From NCBI GenBank assembly GCA_963813325.1, contig CAWEYM010000003.1, positions 834,449-898,448 of the forward strand: a stretch of DNA of 64,000 nucleotides. The letters are read 5' to 3'. The DNA comes from an uncultured Acidobacteriota bacterium (GTDB taxonomy: Bacteria > Acidobacteriota > Vicinamibacteria > Vicinamibacterales > JAKQTR01). The translations under genes and the position numbers were made by a program. Below, one piece after another: positions 17,845 through 27,303 of this stretch (positions are counted from its first letter, which is position 1; each line of letters begins with the position of its first letter). The notes beneath the pieces are model-generated. The model made no database searches and was not told the origin of the DNA. It saw only the letters and a list, made by a program, of their open reading frames with translations.

Positions 17845-18079
17845 CGGGACTGCACTGTGACGCGGTCCACAAGGATCACGCTGCTGCGCCTCCCGGGCCA
17901 GGCTGGAGCCTGGCGATCCCGGGACAGGGGCAAACGGGAGCGCCTGGTCACCGCCTGGTCACGCCCCGACGCCGCCGGCGCCGGGCGCCGCCTGGTTCGC
18001 AGGACCAGGCACGGAGCACTGGCAACCGAAGGGCCCCCGGCGATTGTCATCACCGTCAGGCATACGTTAAGATCCGCCC

Positions 18080-18724
18080 ATGACTGAAGCTGGTCGCACG
18101 TCCATGGCCGTAATGTCCGCCAACCCCCTGCTGTTTTCGCTCACGGACCGCGTCGATCTGGCATCGGCCCGTGCCATTCGCGCGGGGGCGGTGCTCTTCG
18201 CGTCGGCGCTGACGGCCGCGGCCGCGCAGGTCAGCCTCCCGCTGCCGTTCACCCCGGTCCCGCTCACCCTGCAGCCGATGATCGTCCTGCTCGCTGCCGC
18301 GGCGCTCGGCTCGCGCCTCGGCATGGCGAGCCAGGTGCTGTACCTGGCGGCCGGCCTCGCGGGGCTGCCCGTGTTCGCGGCCTCGCCGCTGCTCCCGCCG
18401 GGCGCGGCGCGCCTGCTCGGACCCACGGGTGGTTTCCTGCTCAGCTATCCTCTGGCGGCGTTCGTGGCGGGCCGGCTCGCCGAACGCGGGTTCGACCGCC
18501 GGTACCTCACGTCGGTGGTGGCGATGGCCGCGGGGCTCGCCGTGGTGTTTGCGTGCGGCCTCGGCTGGCTCGCCTTCTCCCTGTCTCCGACGCACCCGGC
18601 CGCGGGTGTCCCGGCCGCGCTCCAGGCCGGCCTGTACCCCTTCGTCGTCGCGGACATCGTCAAGCTGTTCGCTGCGGCGGCGGTGCTGCCGGCCGCGTGG
18701 AAACTGGTCGGGCGGGCCGGGTAA
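18080..18724 (+). CDS. bioY: biotin transporter BioY (ECF S-component type)
   Basis: BioY pattern PVPLTLQPMIVLLAAAALGSRLG...GLPVFA...LLGPTGGFLLSYP. The start is uncertain. Confidence 0.85.
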   Translation: MTEAGRTSMAVMSANPLLFSLTDRVDLASARAIRAGAVLFASALTAAAAQVSLPLPFTPVPLTLQPMIVLLAAAALGSRLGMASQVLYLAAGLAGLPVFAASPLLPPGAARLLGPTGGFLLSYPLAAFVAGRLAERGFDRRYLTSVVAMAAGLAVVFACGLGWLAFSLSPTHPAAGVPAALQAGLYPFVVADIVKLFAAAAVLPAAWKLVGRAG

Positions 18725-18737
18725 CGACGCTGCGCCC

Positions 18738-19484
18738 TCAGTCCCGGGCCGGGCCCTTGGCGCGGAACACCAGGAAGAACTGGTACGGCAGGAAGGTTTC
18801 GCGCCTGAAGATCTCCAGGCCGGCAGCCTCGGCGTCGCGGATGATCGTGTCCGGATCGACGCGCTCTTCGAGGGGCGGCCCCGGCCCGTAGCCATCCTTC
18901 CGGAAATCGACGATACCCACCCGCCCCTGCGGCTTGAGGGCGCGCGCGACATTGCGCAGCAACGCCACCGGGTTGTCCATCTCGTGGTACGTATCGACGA
19001 TGAGGACCGCGTCGATCGCGCCGGGCGGGAGGCGCGGATCCTCGGAGGTGCCGAGCACGGTGCGGACGTTCCGCAGGCCCTCGCGAGACACCCGCCGGCC
19101 CGTGGCCTCGAGCATCAGCCGCTGGATGTCCTCGGCGTAGACGATGCCGTTGGGGCCGACGCGGCGGGCGAGACGGATGCTGAACCACCCGCCACCGACG
19201 CCAAGGTCGGCCACGACGGAGCCCTCGGCGATCCCGAGCGCATCCATGATCGGGCCCGGCAGCTGCCAGAGGTCGCGGTCGGGCCCCTCGAGCAGGCCGA
19301 GGTCCTGTGGCGGGAACAGCCGGCCGTGATGCGCGGTGGCCTGCGCCCGCACCGGCGTCGGCGACACCGCCACCGCAAGCGCCGCGACGATGGTCGCCAG
19401 CACCACGCGAAGGGCGGCCCACGCGGGGCGACCGGCGGGCCGTCCGGCTGCGCGGGGCCCTGCGAGATCATCTATCTGGTGCAT
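18738..19484 (-). CDS. class I SAM-dependent methyltransferase with N-terminal signal/anchor
   Basis: Motif I VADLGVGGGWFS and post-I YAEDIQ. There is a hydrophobic N-terminal segment, ALRVVLATIVAALAVAVSP. Confidence 0.75.
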   Translation of the reverse strand: MHQIDDLAGPRAAGRPAGRPAWAALRVVLATIVAALAVAVSPTPVRAQATAHHGRLFPPQDLGLLEGPDRDLWQLPGPIMDALGIAEGSVVADLGVGGGWFSIRLARRVGPNGIVYAEDIQRLMLEATGRRVSREGLRNVRTVLGTSEDPRLPPGAIDAVLIVDTYHEMDNPVALLRNVARALKPQGRVGIVDFRKDGYGPGPPLEERVDPDTIIRDAEAAGLEIFRRETFLPYQFFLVFRAKGPARD

Positions 19485-19531
19485 CAGCAGAGACTTACAA
19501 GGCGCCTGGCAACGGCAGTATACTTGCCCGC

Positions 19532-21046
19532 ATGTTACCAGAATTCTCCGCGAGCATGCTTGAACTCATCGTCAAAACGTCGACGGATCTACCCCCCGAC
19601 GTGCGCGCGGCCATCAAGGTCGCGCTGGATGCCGAGCCGCCCGAGACGCAGGCCGGCCAGGCCATGTCCATCATCGCACTGAACATCGACCAGGCGGCCG
19701 ACGGCGACGGGGCCATCTGCCAGGACACCGGCATGCCCACGTTCGAGATCCACGTGCCGCGTGGCGCCGACCAGCTCTGGATGGGAGACCGCATCCGCGA
19801 GGCCATCGAGGAAGCGACCACGCGCGGCAAGCTCCGGCCGAACTCGGTGGATTCGATCACGGGCAAGAACTCCGGCAACAACCTGGGGCCGGGATCGCCG
19901 GTCATCCACTTCGAGCAGTGGGAGAAGGACGAGATCGAGGTGAAGCTGATCCTCAAGGGCGGCGGCTGCGAGAACTGCAACGCGCAGTACGCGGTCCCCG
20001 TGGAGCTGTCGAACCTCGGCCGGGCGGACCGCACCCTCGAGGGCGTGCGCAAGTGCATCCTGCACGCGGTATGGGCCGCCCAGGGCAAGGGTTGCGCGCC
20101 AGGGGCGCTCGGCGTGTGTATCGGCGGCGATCGGGCCAGCGGGTACGCGGAGGCCAAGCGCCAGCTGCTCCGGACGCTCGACGACGTGAATCCCGAGCCG
20201 AAGCTGCGTGAACTCGAGGACACGATCATGAGCACCGTGAACAAGCTCGGGATCGGGACCATGGGCTTCGGCGGCAACGTCTCGCTCATCGGCTGCAAGG
20301 TGGGGGCGCTGAACCGCCTGCCGGCCTGCTTCTTCGTGTCGGTGGCCTACGACTGCTGGGCGTTCCGGCGCCTGGGCGTGGTGCTCGACCCGTCAACCGG
20401 CGCCATCCGGCGGTGGCTCTATCGCGACCCGGCCAATCCCGCCGCGCACATGGCCGCGCAGGCGGGCGTCCCGCGGACCGGGCGCGAGATCGTCCTGACC
20501 ACGCCACTCGACGAGAAGACGGTCCGATCGCTGAAGGTCGGCGACGTTCTGCTGCTGAACGGGCGCATGTACACCGGACGCGATTCGGTCCACTCGCACC
20601 TGATGAAGCACGACCCGCCCGTGGATCTGAACGGCGCGGTCATCTATCACTGCGGGCCGGTGATGCTGCGGGACGGCGACGGCTGGAAGATGAACGCGGC
20701 CGGCCCGACCACGAGCATCCGCGAGGAGCCGTACCAGGCCGACGTGATCGGACGGTTCGGCGTGCGCGGGGTGATCGGCAAAGGCGGGATGGGGCCCCGG
20801 ACGCTGGCCGCGCTCAAGGAGCACGGCGCGGTCTACCTGAGCGCCATCGGCGGCGCGGCGCAGGACCACGCGCGCTGCGTCGAGCGCGTGGACGGCGTGT
20901 CGCTGCTCGAGTTCGGCGTGCCCGAAGCGTTGTGGCACCTCTACGTGAAGGACTTCCCGGTGATCGTCACGATGGACTCGCACGGGAACAGCCTGCACAA
21001 GGATGTGGAGACTGCATCGGCCGAGCAGTTGGCGGCGATGAAGTAG
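19532..21046 (+). CDS. class I (Fe-S) fumarate hydratase / tartrate dehydratase-type hydrolyase, fused alpha+beta
   Basis: Start moved to ATG 19532 (MLPEFSASMLELI). The alpha-domain motif is ICQDTGMPTF, and a beta-domain follows (GRMYTGRDSVHSH, GKGGMG). Confidence 0.88.
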   Translation: MLPEFSASMLELIVKTSTDLPPDVRAAIKVALDAEPPETQAGQAMSIIALNIDQAADGDGAICQDTGMPTFEIHVPRGADQLWMGDRIREAIEEATTRGKLRPNSVDSITGKNSGNNLGPGSPVIHFEQWEKDEIEVKLILKGGGCENCNAQYAVPVELSNLGRADRTLEGVRKCILHAVWAAQGKGCAPGALGVCIGGDRASGYAEAKRQLLRTLDDVNPEPKLRELEDTIMSTVNKLGIGTMGFGGNVSLIGCKVGALNRLPACFFVSVAYDCWAFRRLGVVLDPSTGAIRRWLYRDPANPAAHMAAQAGVPRTGREIVLTTPLDEKTVRSLKVGDVLLLNGRMYTGRDSVHSHLMKHDPPVDLNGAVIYHCGPVMLRDGDGWKMNAAGPTTSIREEPYQADVIGRFGVRGVIGKGGMGPRTLAALKEHGAVYLSAIGGAAQDHARCVERVDGVSLLEFGVPEALWHLYVKDFPVIVTMDSHGNSLHKDVETASAEQLAAMK

Positions 21047-21065
21047 GAAGAAGACGCCGGTGGTG

Positions 21066-21092
21066 CCGGGGCCGCGCAGGGCGCGGCCCCGG
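21066..21092. terminator. GC-rich hairpin between convergent genes (candidate bidirectional terminator)
   Basis: CCGGGGCCGCGC-AGG-GCGCGGCCCCGG forms a 12-bp perfect stem between the fumarase stop (21046) and the ALDH stop (21120). There is no U-tract. Confidence 0.4.
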
Positions 21093-21119
21093 TGCCGCAC
21101 GGGAGCGCGCGGGACGACG

Positions 21120-22553
21120 TCAGTCCAGCTCCCGGTTGATCACCAGGAGCTTCGGCTCGGTCATCTCCTCGATCGTGTAGCGCGGGCCTTCGCGCCCGAT
21201 CCCCGAATCCTTCACCCCGCCGTAGGGCATGTGATCGATGCGCCACGCGGGCACGTCGTTCACGATGATGCCGCCCGCCTCGAGCACGTCGAACGCCATG
21301 AACGCGCGCAGCAGGTCTCGCGTGAACACGCCGGCCTGCAGGCCGTACCGCGACCGGTTGACGGCCGCCATGGCCTCGTTGAAGTCGGAGAACCGGTAGA
21401 GGCCGAGCAGCGGCGCGAACACTTCCTGCGCGCATACCTTGGACACCTCGGCGACGTCGGTCAGCACGGTCGGGGCGTAGACCGACGGCGAGATCCGCCG
21501 CCCCCCGGTCACGACCCGTGCGCCGTCCGCCACCGCCTCGTTCACCCAGGCCTCGATCCGATCGACCTCGGCCACTTCGATCATCGGCCCGATGTCGGTC
21601 CGCGGGTCGAGCGGGTCGCCGATGACGAGCGACTCGACGCGCGCGACCAGCCGCCGGGCAAACTCGTCGAACACCGAGTCGTGCACGAACACGCGCTGCA
21701 CCGAGATACAGCTCTGGCCCGCGAAGGCGAAGCCGCCGGTGACCACGCGCTTCGCGGCGTAGTCCAGGTCCGCCGTCTCGTCGATGATGACCCCGGCGTT
21801 GCCGCCGAGCTCCAGGATGACCTTCTTCTTCCCGGCGCGGGCTTTCATCGCCCACCCGACCGACGAGGACCCGGTGAACGTCAGCAGCTTGTAGCGGTCG
21901 TCGGTGACCAGGCGATCGCCCATCTCGCGCGGCATCGGCAGGACGCTGAGCGCGCCCGCCGGCAGGCCGGCCTCCTCGAGCACGGTGGCGAGGAACAGCG
22001 CGGAGAGCGGCGTCTTGCTGGCGGGCTTGAGGACGACAGGGTTGCCGGCCGCCACGGCCGGGGCCACCTTGTGTGCCGACAGGTTCAGCGGGAAGTTGAA
22101 CGGCGAGATCGCGGCAACCGGGCCGATGGGGAAACGCCGCCAGATGGCGATGCGCCCGGTGCCGTGCGGCGCGAGATCCAGCGGGATGACCTCGCCGCCG
22201 ATGCGCCGGGCTTCTTCGCCGGCGACCTGGAAGGTCATGGCGGCGCGGTCCACCTCGGCCAGGGCATCGCGCAGCGGCTTGCCCGCTTCACCCGCCAGCA
22301 CGCGGCCGATCTCGTCACGGCGCCGCGCCAGGGTTTCGGACGCCCTGGCCAGGATGGCGGCCCGCTGGTAGGCCGGCATCCGGCGCATGACAGGCGCCGC
22401 GTCGAGGGCCGCTTGCGTCGCCCGTTCGTATTCCGCGATGCCGGCCAGCCACGTCGTGCCCACCAGGGAGCCGTCGTACGGGTTGAGCACGGGGTGGACG
22501 AGCGTCGAGCGCTGCCACGCGCCGGCCAGAAAGAACGGGTATTCGGATGCCAC
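21120..22553 (-). CDS. NAD(P)-dependent aldehyde dehydrogenase family protein
   Basis: 477 aa with the catalytic Glu motif ELGGNAG and the Cys motif FAFAGQSCISVQR. Confidence 0.9.
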   Translation of the reverse strand: MASEYPFFLAGAWQRSTLVHPVLNPYDGSLVGTTWLAGIAEYERATQAALDAAPVMRRMPAYQRAAILARASETLARRRDEIGRVLAGEAGKPLRDALAEVDRAAMTFQVAGEEARRIGGEVIPLDLAPHGTGRIAIWRRFPIGPVAAISPFNFPLNLSAHKVAPAVAAGNPVVLKPASKTPLSALFLATVLEEAGLPAGALSVLPMPREMGDRLVTDDRYKLLTFTGSSSVGWAMKARAGKKKVILELGGNAGVIIDETADLDYAAKRVVTGGFAFAGQSCISVQRVFVHDSVFDEFARRLVARVESLVIGDPLDPRTDIGPMIEVAEVDRIEAWVNEAVADGARVVTGGRRISPSVYAPTVLTDVAEVSKVCAQEVFAPLLGLYRFSDFNEAMAAVNRSRYGLQAGVFTRDLLRAFMAFDVLEAGGIIVNDVPAWRIDHMPYGGVKDSGIGREGPRYTIEEMTEPKLLVINRELD

Positions 22554-22797
22554 GGGGAACCTCCGGAAGGGGCGGGCTCAGCGGCCGGACCGGGGATCTC
22601 GCCGATCCAGCCCGGCAATCCCCTGCAGTATCGTCCGGCGGCCGCGACCCGGGCAAGCACCGGGCTGGCGGCAGGCCTGGCGGCCTGGATCCCGGAGGAG
22701 GCCGGCGTGGTCTAAACTTGTGTAGAATGAAGACATAGGCACCTGGAGCAGTCCCAGGTCCCCCGGGCCGCTGTTCGAAATCGGCCTGTTGTCGGGC

Positions 22798-22803
22798 TAT
22801 AAT
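22798..22803 (+). promoter_or_regulatory. candidate -10 box TATAAT upstream of erpA
   Basis: A perfect TATAAT 36 nt upstream of ATG 22839, with GGAG at 22824-22827. A second -10-like TAGAAT lies at 22723-22728. Confidence 0.3.
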
Positions 22804-22838
22804 CGTCGGACTGGCCACCCTTTGGAGCGGAACCCATC

Positions 22839-23165
22839 ATGATCAACGTGTCAACGACAGCGGCCACCAAGATCAACGAGTTGCTGGCCGAGGAACAGAA
22901 GCAGCAGAGCGGGTTGCGAGTGTTCGTGCAGGGAGGCGGCTGCTCGGGCTTCCAGTACGGCCTCATGATCGAAGACGAGCCGGGTGCAGCCGACCAGCGG
23001 TTCGAGTCCAACGGGGTCAGGCTGTTTGTCGATCCGATCAGCGCCCGGTACCTGAAGGGCGCGGAAGTCGATTTCATCGAGAGCGTGACGGGCGGCGGGT
23101 TCACGATTCGCAACCCCAACGCGAAGTCGACGTGCGGCTGCGGCTCGTCGTTCTCGGTCGACTGA
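22839..23165 (+). CDS. erpA: iron-sulfur cluster insertion protein (HesB/IscA/ErpA family)
   Basis: 108 aa with GGGCSGFQYG and the C-terminal CGCGSSF cluster-ligand motif. Confidence 0.9.
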   Translation: MINVSTTAATKINELLAEEQKQQSGLRVFVQGGGCSGFQYGLMIEDEPGAADQRFESNGVRLFVDPISARYLKGAEVDFIESVTGGGFTIRNPNAKSTCGCGSSFSVD

Positions 23166-23190
23166 CCCCGGAGCTGACTTGTGATGAGTA

Positions 23191-23263
23191 TGTTCGCTCC
23201 GGGCACTCGGGCTGGCGGCCGCGCGCGACATGCCCCGGCGCGTTCTCAACTCGACTGAGCGCC
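23191..23263 (+). repeat. copy B of the two-copy conserved intergenic element (core; similarity extends back to the erpA stop)
   Basis: See 7462-7534. As in copy A, the core begins 25 nt after the stop codon. Confidence 0.7.
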
Positions 23264-23295
23264 GGGCATAGCAGAGACGAAGCCCGGGGCCGCTG

Positions 23296-24327
23296 GTGCG
23301 CCGCGTCCCGAGCGGCCCGCAGGGGCAACAGTTGTGCCGAGGGTCCGTGGAGTCTGCCACCGAGCCTGTCGTGCCGGACGTTTCCCACCTGCACCCGGCG
23401 GGCGGGAAGCGCTCCAGCAAGCGCGAGCGCATCCTGCGCGTCTTCCTGCGCCATGAAGGCCATCTGAGCGCTGATGACCTGGTGGACCTGATCCGACGCG
23501 AGGACCACGGGATCGGGCGGGCCACCGTCTACCGCACGCTGCAGTGGATGGTGGAAGCCGGCATCGCCCGGAAGGTGGACTTCGGCGAGGGCCGCTACCG
23601 CTTCGAGCACTCGTACCGCCACCCGCGCCACTTCCACCTGATCTGCAAGACCTGCAACCGCTCCTTCGAGTTCCTGAGTTCGGACATCGAGCTCGAGATC
23701 GAGGAGGTGGCGGCGGCCCGCAACTTCGCCGCGCGGCAGAGCGTGCTCCAGATCTACGGCACCTGCGAGGACTGCCGCACGGGCCGTCCGACCCAGGCCG
23801 AAGCCGGTTCGTCGCATCTGGTGTTCGCCCGCGATGCGCTGCGGATCGCGATCGCGACAGAGCGCAGCGGCCTCGAGTTCTACACGCGGGCGGCCCGGGC
23901 CGCCAGACAGGCCCGCGGGCGCCGCGTCTTCCATCGTCTCGCGGACGAGGAACGCGACCACCTGTCGATGCTCGAGGATCGGTACCAGAAGCTGCTGGCG
24001 CAGGACGCGCTGCTGGAATCGCGCCCGACCTTCCTCTTCTTCAAGGGCGCGGCCAACGGCCTGTTCGCCGCCGGCGCCGAGGAAGTGGCGCGCGGCGTCG
24101 ACGATCGGCAGGCGCTGCGTATCGGGATTCGGTGCGAGCGCGCCTCCCATCGGTTCTTCAAGCGGTACGGCGATCGCTTCGAGGACTCCGAGGGCAAACA
24201 GGTCTTTCTCGAGTTCGCCGACGAGGAGCGGGAGCACCTCGACCTGCTGCTGCGCGAGTACATCGCGCTCGGCAAGAGCAAGCCGGCGCCCGCCGCCAGA
24301 GCCTCGACCCGCCGCCGCAAGCCGTGA
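23296..24327 (+). CDS. Fur-family regulator fused to a C-terminal ferritin-like (rubrerythrin-type) diiron domain
   Basis: The N-terminal half carries Fur motifs (SKRERILRVF, GRATVYRTLQWMVEAG, HFHLICKTC...CEDC). The C-terminal half has E...ExxH twice (TERSGLEFY, EERDHL, CERASHRFF, EEREHL). The start is uncertain (GTG 23296 or GTG 23371). Confidence 0.75.
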   Translation: MRRVPSGPQGQQLCRGSVESATEPVVPDVSHLHPAGGKRSSKRERILRVFLRHEGHLSADDLVDLIRREDHGIGRATVYRTLQWMVEAGIARKVDFGEGRYRFEHSYRHPRHFHLICKTCNRSFEFLSSDIELEIEEVAAARNFAARQSVLQIYGTCEDCRTGRPTQAEAGSSHLVFARDALRIAIATERSGLEFYTRAARAARQARGRRVFHRLADEERDHLSMLEDRYQKLLAQDALLESRPTFLFFKGAANGLFAAGAEEVARGVDDRQALRIGIRCERASHRFFKRYGDRFEDSEGKQVFLEFADEEREHLDLLLREYIALGKSKPAPAARASTRRRKP

Positions 24328-24379
24328 CGCCGAGCGCTCCGGCGGACCCCGGCTCCACACCCCGGCTGGCGAGACCCCG

Positions 24380-25210
24380 ATGATCGACCTGCACCTGCAC
24401 ACGACCGCGTCCGACGGCACGCTCTCGCCGGCGGAACTCGTGACGCGCGCGAAGGCCGCCGGCCTGACGACAATCGGGGTCGCCGATCACGACACGATGG
24501 CCGCCGTCCCGGAACTCGAGGCGCTGACGCGCGAGGCTGGCCTGGACTTCGTTCCCGGCATCGAGATCACCGCCGTCTGGAACGCGAAGGACATCCACAT
24601 CCTCGGCTACTTCCTGGACTGCCGTGCGCGCGCCCTTGCGGGCTTCCTGGACGAGCAGCGGGACGATCGCGAGCGGCGGGCGCGCGAGATCGGCACGAAA
24701 CTCGCCGCCCTGGGCGCGGCGATCGACATGGAGCGATTGGTCCACGAGGCCATGGGGCGCACCATTGCCAGGCCGATCATCGCGCGGGCGCTCGTGGCGG
24801 CGGGTCACGTCCGCGACGTGCAGGAGGCGTTCGACCGGTACCTGGCCGAGGGCCAGCCGGCCTACTCGGGCCGCATCGGGGCCACGCCGAGGCAGGTCAT
24901 CGATCTCATCGCGCGCGAGGGCGGGATCAGCGCGTTCGCGCATCCCGGCGTGACGAAGCAGGACGGCTTGCTGTCGGATCTCGCGGGGCAGGGCCTGCGC
25001 GCGGTCGAGGTGTACCACACCGAGCACTCGCCCGACGAGACGTCCCGCTATCTCGCGTTCGCGCGGGAGCGCGGGCTGCTGGTGACCGGCGGGTCGGACT
25101 TCCATGGCGATGGCGTGTACCGCGCCGTCGGCCTCGGCACGGTCGGCCTGCCGGCCGATGACTTCGATCAGCTTCGGGCCGCCGCGGGCAGCGCCGCGCG
25201 CCAGGCCTGA
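24380..25210 (+). CDS. PHP domain phosphoesterase (TrpH/YciV-like)
   Basis: Real start is MIDLHLHTTASDG at ATG 24380. PHP metal motifs are HLHT, ADHDT and AHPG. Confidence 0.85.
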   Translation: MIDLHLHTTASDGTLSPAELVTRAKAAGLTTIGVADHDTMAAVPELEALTREAGLDFVPGIEITAVWNAKDIHILGYFLDCRARALAGFLDEQRDDRERRAREIGTKLAALGAAIDMERLVHEAMGRTIARPIIARALVAAGHVRDVQEAFDRYLAEGQPAYSGRIGATPRQVIDLIAREGGISAFAHPGVTKQDGLLSDLAGQGLRAVEVYHTEHSPDETSRYLAFARERGLLVTGGSDFHGDGVYRAVGLGTVGLPADDFDQLRAAAGSAARQA

Positions 25211-25230
25211 CGACAGCGCCGGCACACGCC

Positions 25231-25776
25231 ATGGGCGGCCTCCCACCCCGATCGACGGTCTCGCCGTTCGTCGCGCGATGGCTGCCGCACGTCGCGCGGG
25301 CGCTTGGCGTGCCGGGTGCCCGCCGGGCGGCGCTCGATCTGGCGATGGGAGAGGGCCGGCACGCGCTCGCCCTGGCGGCCGCCGGGTTCACGACCTTCGG
25401 GGTGGATCGATCGATCGACCGACTGCGTACGGGCCAGGCCGCCGCGCGAGGGCTCGGCGTCGCGTTGCGGCTCTGGGTGTCAGACCTCGAGCGCGATCCG
25501 CTGCCGCGCGATCGGTTCGACCTGCTCCTGTGCACGCGCTTCCTCCTGCGCCACCGCTGGCCCGAGGTGAGGGCCATGGTTCGCCCAGGAGGCTTCGTGA
25601 TCTACGAGACGTTCACGACCGGGCAGGCGCAGCGCAGCGTCGGGCCGACATCGCCGGACCACCTGCTCGAGCCCGGCGAGTTGCGCCGCGCCTTCGCGGC
25701 ATGGACCATCGTGGCATCGGAGGAGGTCGACGAACCGGCCGCGATGGCCCGCCTCGTGGCGAGGAACCCGGGGTGA
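25231..25776 (+). CDS. class I SAM-dependent methyltransferase
   Basis: Motif I ALDLAMGEGRHALALA, then FGVDRS and PGGFVIYETF. Confidence 0.7.
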   Translation: MGGLPPRSTVSPFVARWLPHVARALGVPGARRAALDLAMGEGRHALALAAAGFTTFGVDRSIDRLRTGQAAARGLGVALRLWVSDLERDPLPRDRFDLLLCTRFLLRHRWPEVRAMVRPGGFVIYETFTTGQAQRSVGPTSPDHLLEPGELRRAFAAWTIVASEEVDEPAAMARLVARNPG

Positions 25777-25797
25777 GGCGCGCGAGCCTCCCGGCGC

Positions 25798-26523
25798 GTG
25801 GGGATCATGTCTGACCCGTCCCTGGTGGTGCACGGCCTGGTCAAGTCCTACGGGGCGCTCCGCCCGTTGCGGATCGCCTCGCTTGCGCTCCTCCCCGCGC
25901 AGCGGGTCGCCGTCGCCGGCCTGGATGGCCCGGCGGCGGAGGTCCTCGTCAACCTCCTGACGGGCGCGACGCTGCCGGAAGCGGGGGAGATTCGCCTGTT
26001 CGGCCGGGCCACGGCGGCCATCACCGATGCCGACGACTGGCTGAAGACGCTGGACCGCTTCGGGATCGTGTCGGTGCGGGCGCTCCTGCTCGGCGAGTTG
26101 ACCACCGCGCAGAGCATCGCGATGTCGTTCACGCTGTCGATCGACCCGGTGCCGGCACGCGTCCTCGCGGACGTGTCGCGGCTGGCCGCCGAAGTGGGGC
26201 TCACGGCCGACCTGCCGATTCGCGTCGGGGACCTGCCGCCGGCCGCGCGGGCGCGCATTCACGTGGCGCGTGCGCTCGCGCTGGATCCCGCGTTGCTGGT
26301 GCTCGAGCATGCGAACGCGCTCGTTGCGGGCGGGCCGCCGGGCGCGCCGGCCAGGCTGGCGCGCGACGTGGCGCGGATTGCCCGTCGCCGCGGGATCGCG
26401 CTGCTGGCCCTGACCGCGGACCCGGCCTTCGCGCGCGCGGTGGCGCACGACGTCTTCACGTTCGACGCCGCTACGGGGACGCTCCTCCGGCAGTCCGGCT
26501 GGCGCCGGTGGATCGGGGGTTAG
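25798..26523 (+). CDS. ABC ATPase-like protein with degenerate catalytic motifs
   Basis: The layout matches an ABC nucleotide-binding domain (LVVHGLVKSYG...). Walker A reads GLDGPAAEV (no Lys or Ser/Thr), the signature is LPPAA instead of LSGGQ, Walker B is LLVLEH, and the H-loop His is replaced (LTADP). Confidence 0.6.
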   Translation: MGIMSDPSLVVHGLVKSYGALRPLRIASLALLPAQRVAVAGLDGPAAEVLVNLLTGATLPEAGEIRLFGRATAAITDADDWLKTLDRFGIVSVRALLLGELTTAQSIAMSFTLSIDPVPARVLADVSRLAAEVGLTADLPIRVGDLPPAARARIHVARALALDPALLVLEHANALVAGGPPGAPARLARDVARIARRRGIALLALTADPAFARAVAHDVFTFDAATGTLLRQSGWRRWIGG

Positions 26524-26586
26524 CGCGCCCGGGCTGCCGGGGCGCGCCCACTCGCCGTCGCCCCCTGATGGTCCGGCTGGACCGGC

Positions 26587-27222
26587 CTACTGCTTCACGA
26601 GCACGCCGCACGCGACGCGCGGGCCGCCCGCGACGCCGCTCTTCGGATCGCCGGTGATGCCCTGGTCGGGATTCGCGTGGACGATGATCGCCGTGCCATC
26701 CGCGTCGAAGACGGACAAGGGTCCGGCGGTCAGGCTGACGCGGGAGGTCCACGCCCGGGCCGCCGCGTGGCCCTGGGCGTCGGCGAACAGGTTCGGCAGG
26801 TCACCCATGTGGAACGGATGATTGGCGTCGGGGTCCGTATTGCTGTTCGGGCCCGGATCGAAGTGGCCGCCCGCGGCGCCGAAGTCGGGCTCGCACTTGC
26901 CGATCGCGTGCAGGTGCATGCCGTGCAGGCCCGGCTTGAGGCCCTTCACATCGACGATCACTTCCACCGCGTTGCCCGTCCAGGCGCCGGCCTGGAGCTT
27001 GTCGGCATTGGCCGCCTTGTGCTCGATGAACTCGGCGGTGCCCGTGATGCCCTCGCCCTTGATGTCGGCCTTCGCGCGCGCGACGACCTCGCCCATCATC
27101 ATCCCCTGGCTCATCGTGTGGCCCTGCATGCCGGCCGGCGGCGCGGCCGGAGGCTGCGCCATCAGCGGGGTGGCGGCGAACGACAGCCCGAGGGCTGCCG
27201 CGAATAGAGAGGTTCGCGTCAT
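26587..27222 (-). CDS. sodC: periplasmic Cu/Zn superoxide dismutase
   Basis: Start at ATG 27222, with GGAGG upstream. Signal peptide MTRTSLFAAALGLSFAATPLMA and a Met/His-rich stretch are present. SodC motifs are HGMHLHAIGKCE, GGHFDPG, HMGDLPN and RVACGVL. Confidence 0.92.
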   Translation of the reverse strand: MTRTSLFAAALGLSFAATPLMAQPPAAPPAGMQGHTMSQGMMMGEVVARAKADIKGEGITGTAEFIEHKAANADKLQAGAWTGNAVEVIVDVKGLKPGLHGMHLHAIGKCEPDFGAAGGHFDPGPNSNTDPDANHPFHMGDLPNLFADAQGHAAARAWTSRVSLTAGPLSVFDADGTAIIVHANPDQGITGDPKSGVAGGPRVACGVLVKQ

Positions 27223-27303
27223 CGAACGGTCCTCCGTCCTGCGGTTGCCGATTGTGGTTGGGGTCTCGACCCGCGTCATTCCATTGTGCCAGACTTGACC
27301 CGC

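Noticed and set aside
27276-27291. Sigma-54 promoter-like sequence on the minus strand upstream of sodC (TGGCACAATGGAATGA), about 800 bp from the sigma-54 activator gene.
   Set aside because: The -24 element TGGCAC is perfect. At the -12 position the near-invariant GC (TTGC) is replaced by TG/AATGA at the correct spacing, so it is probably a chance match.
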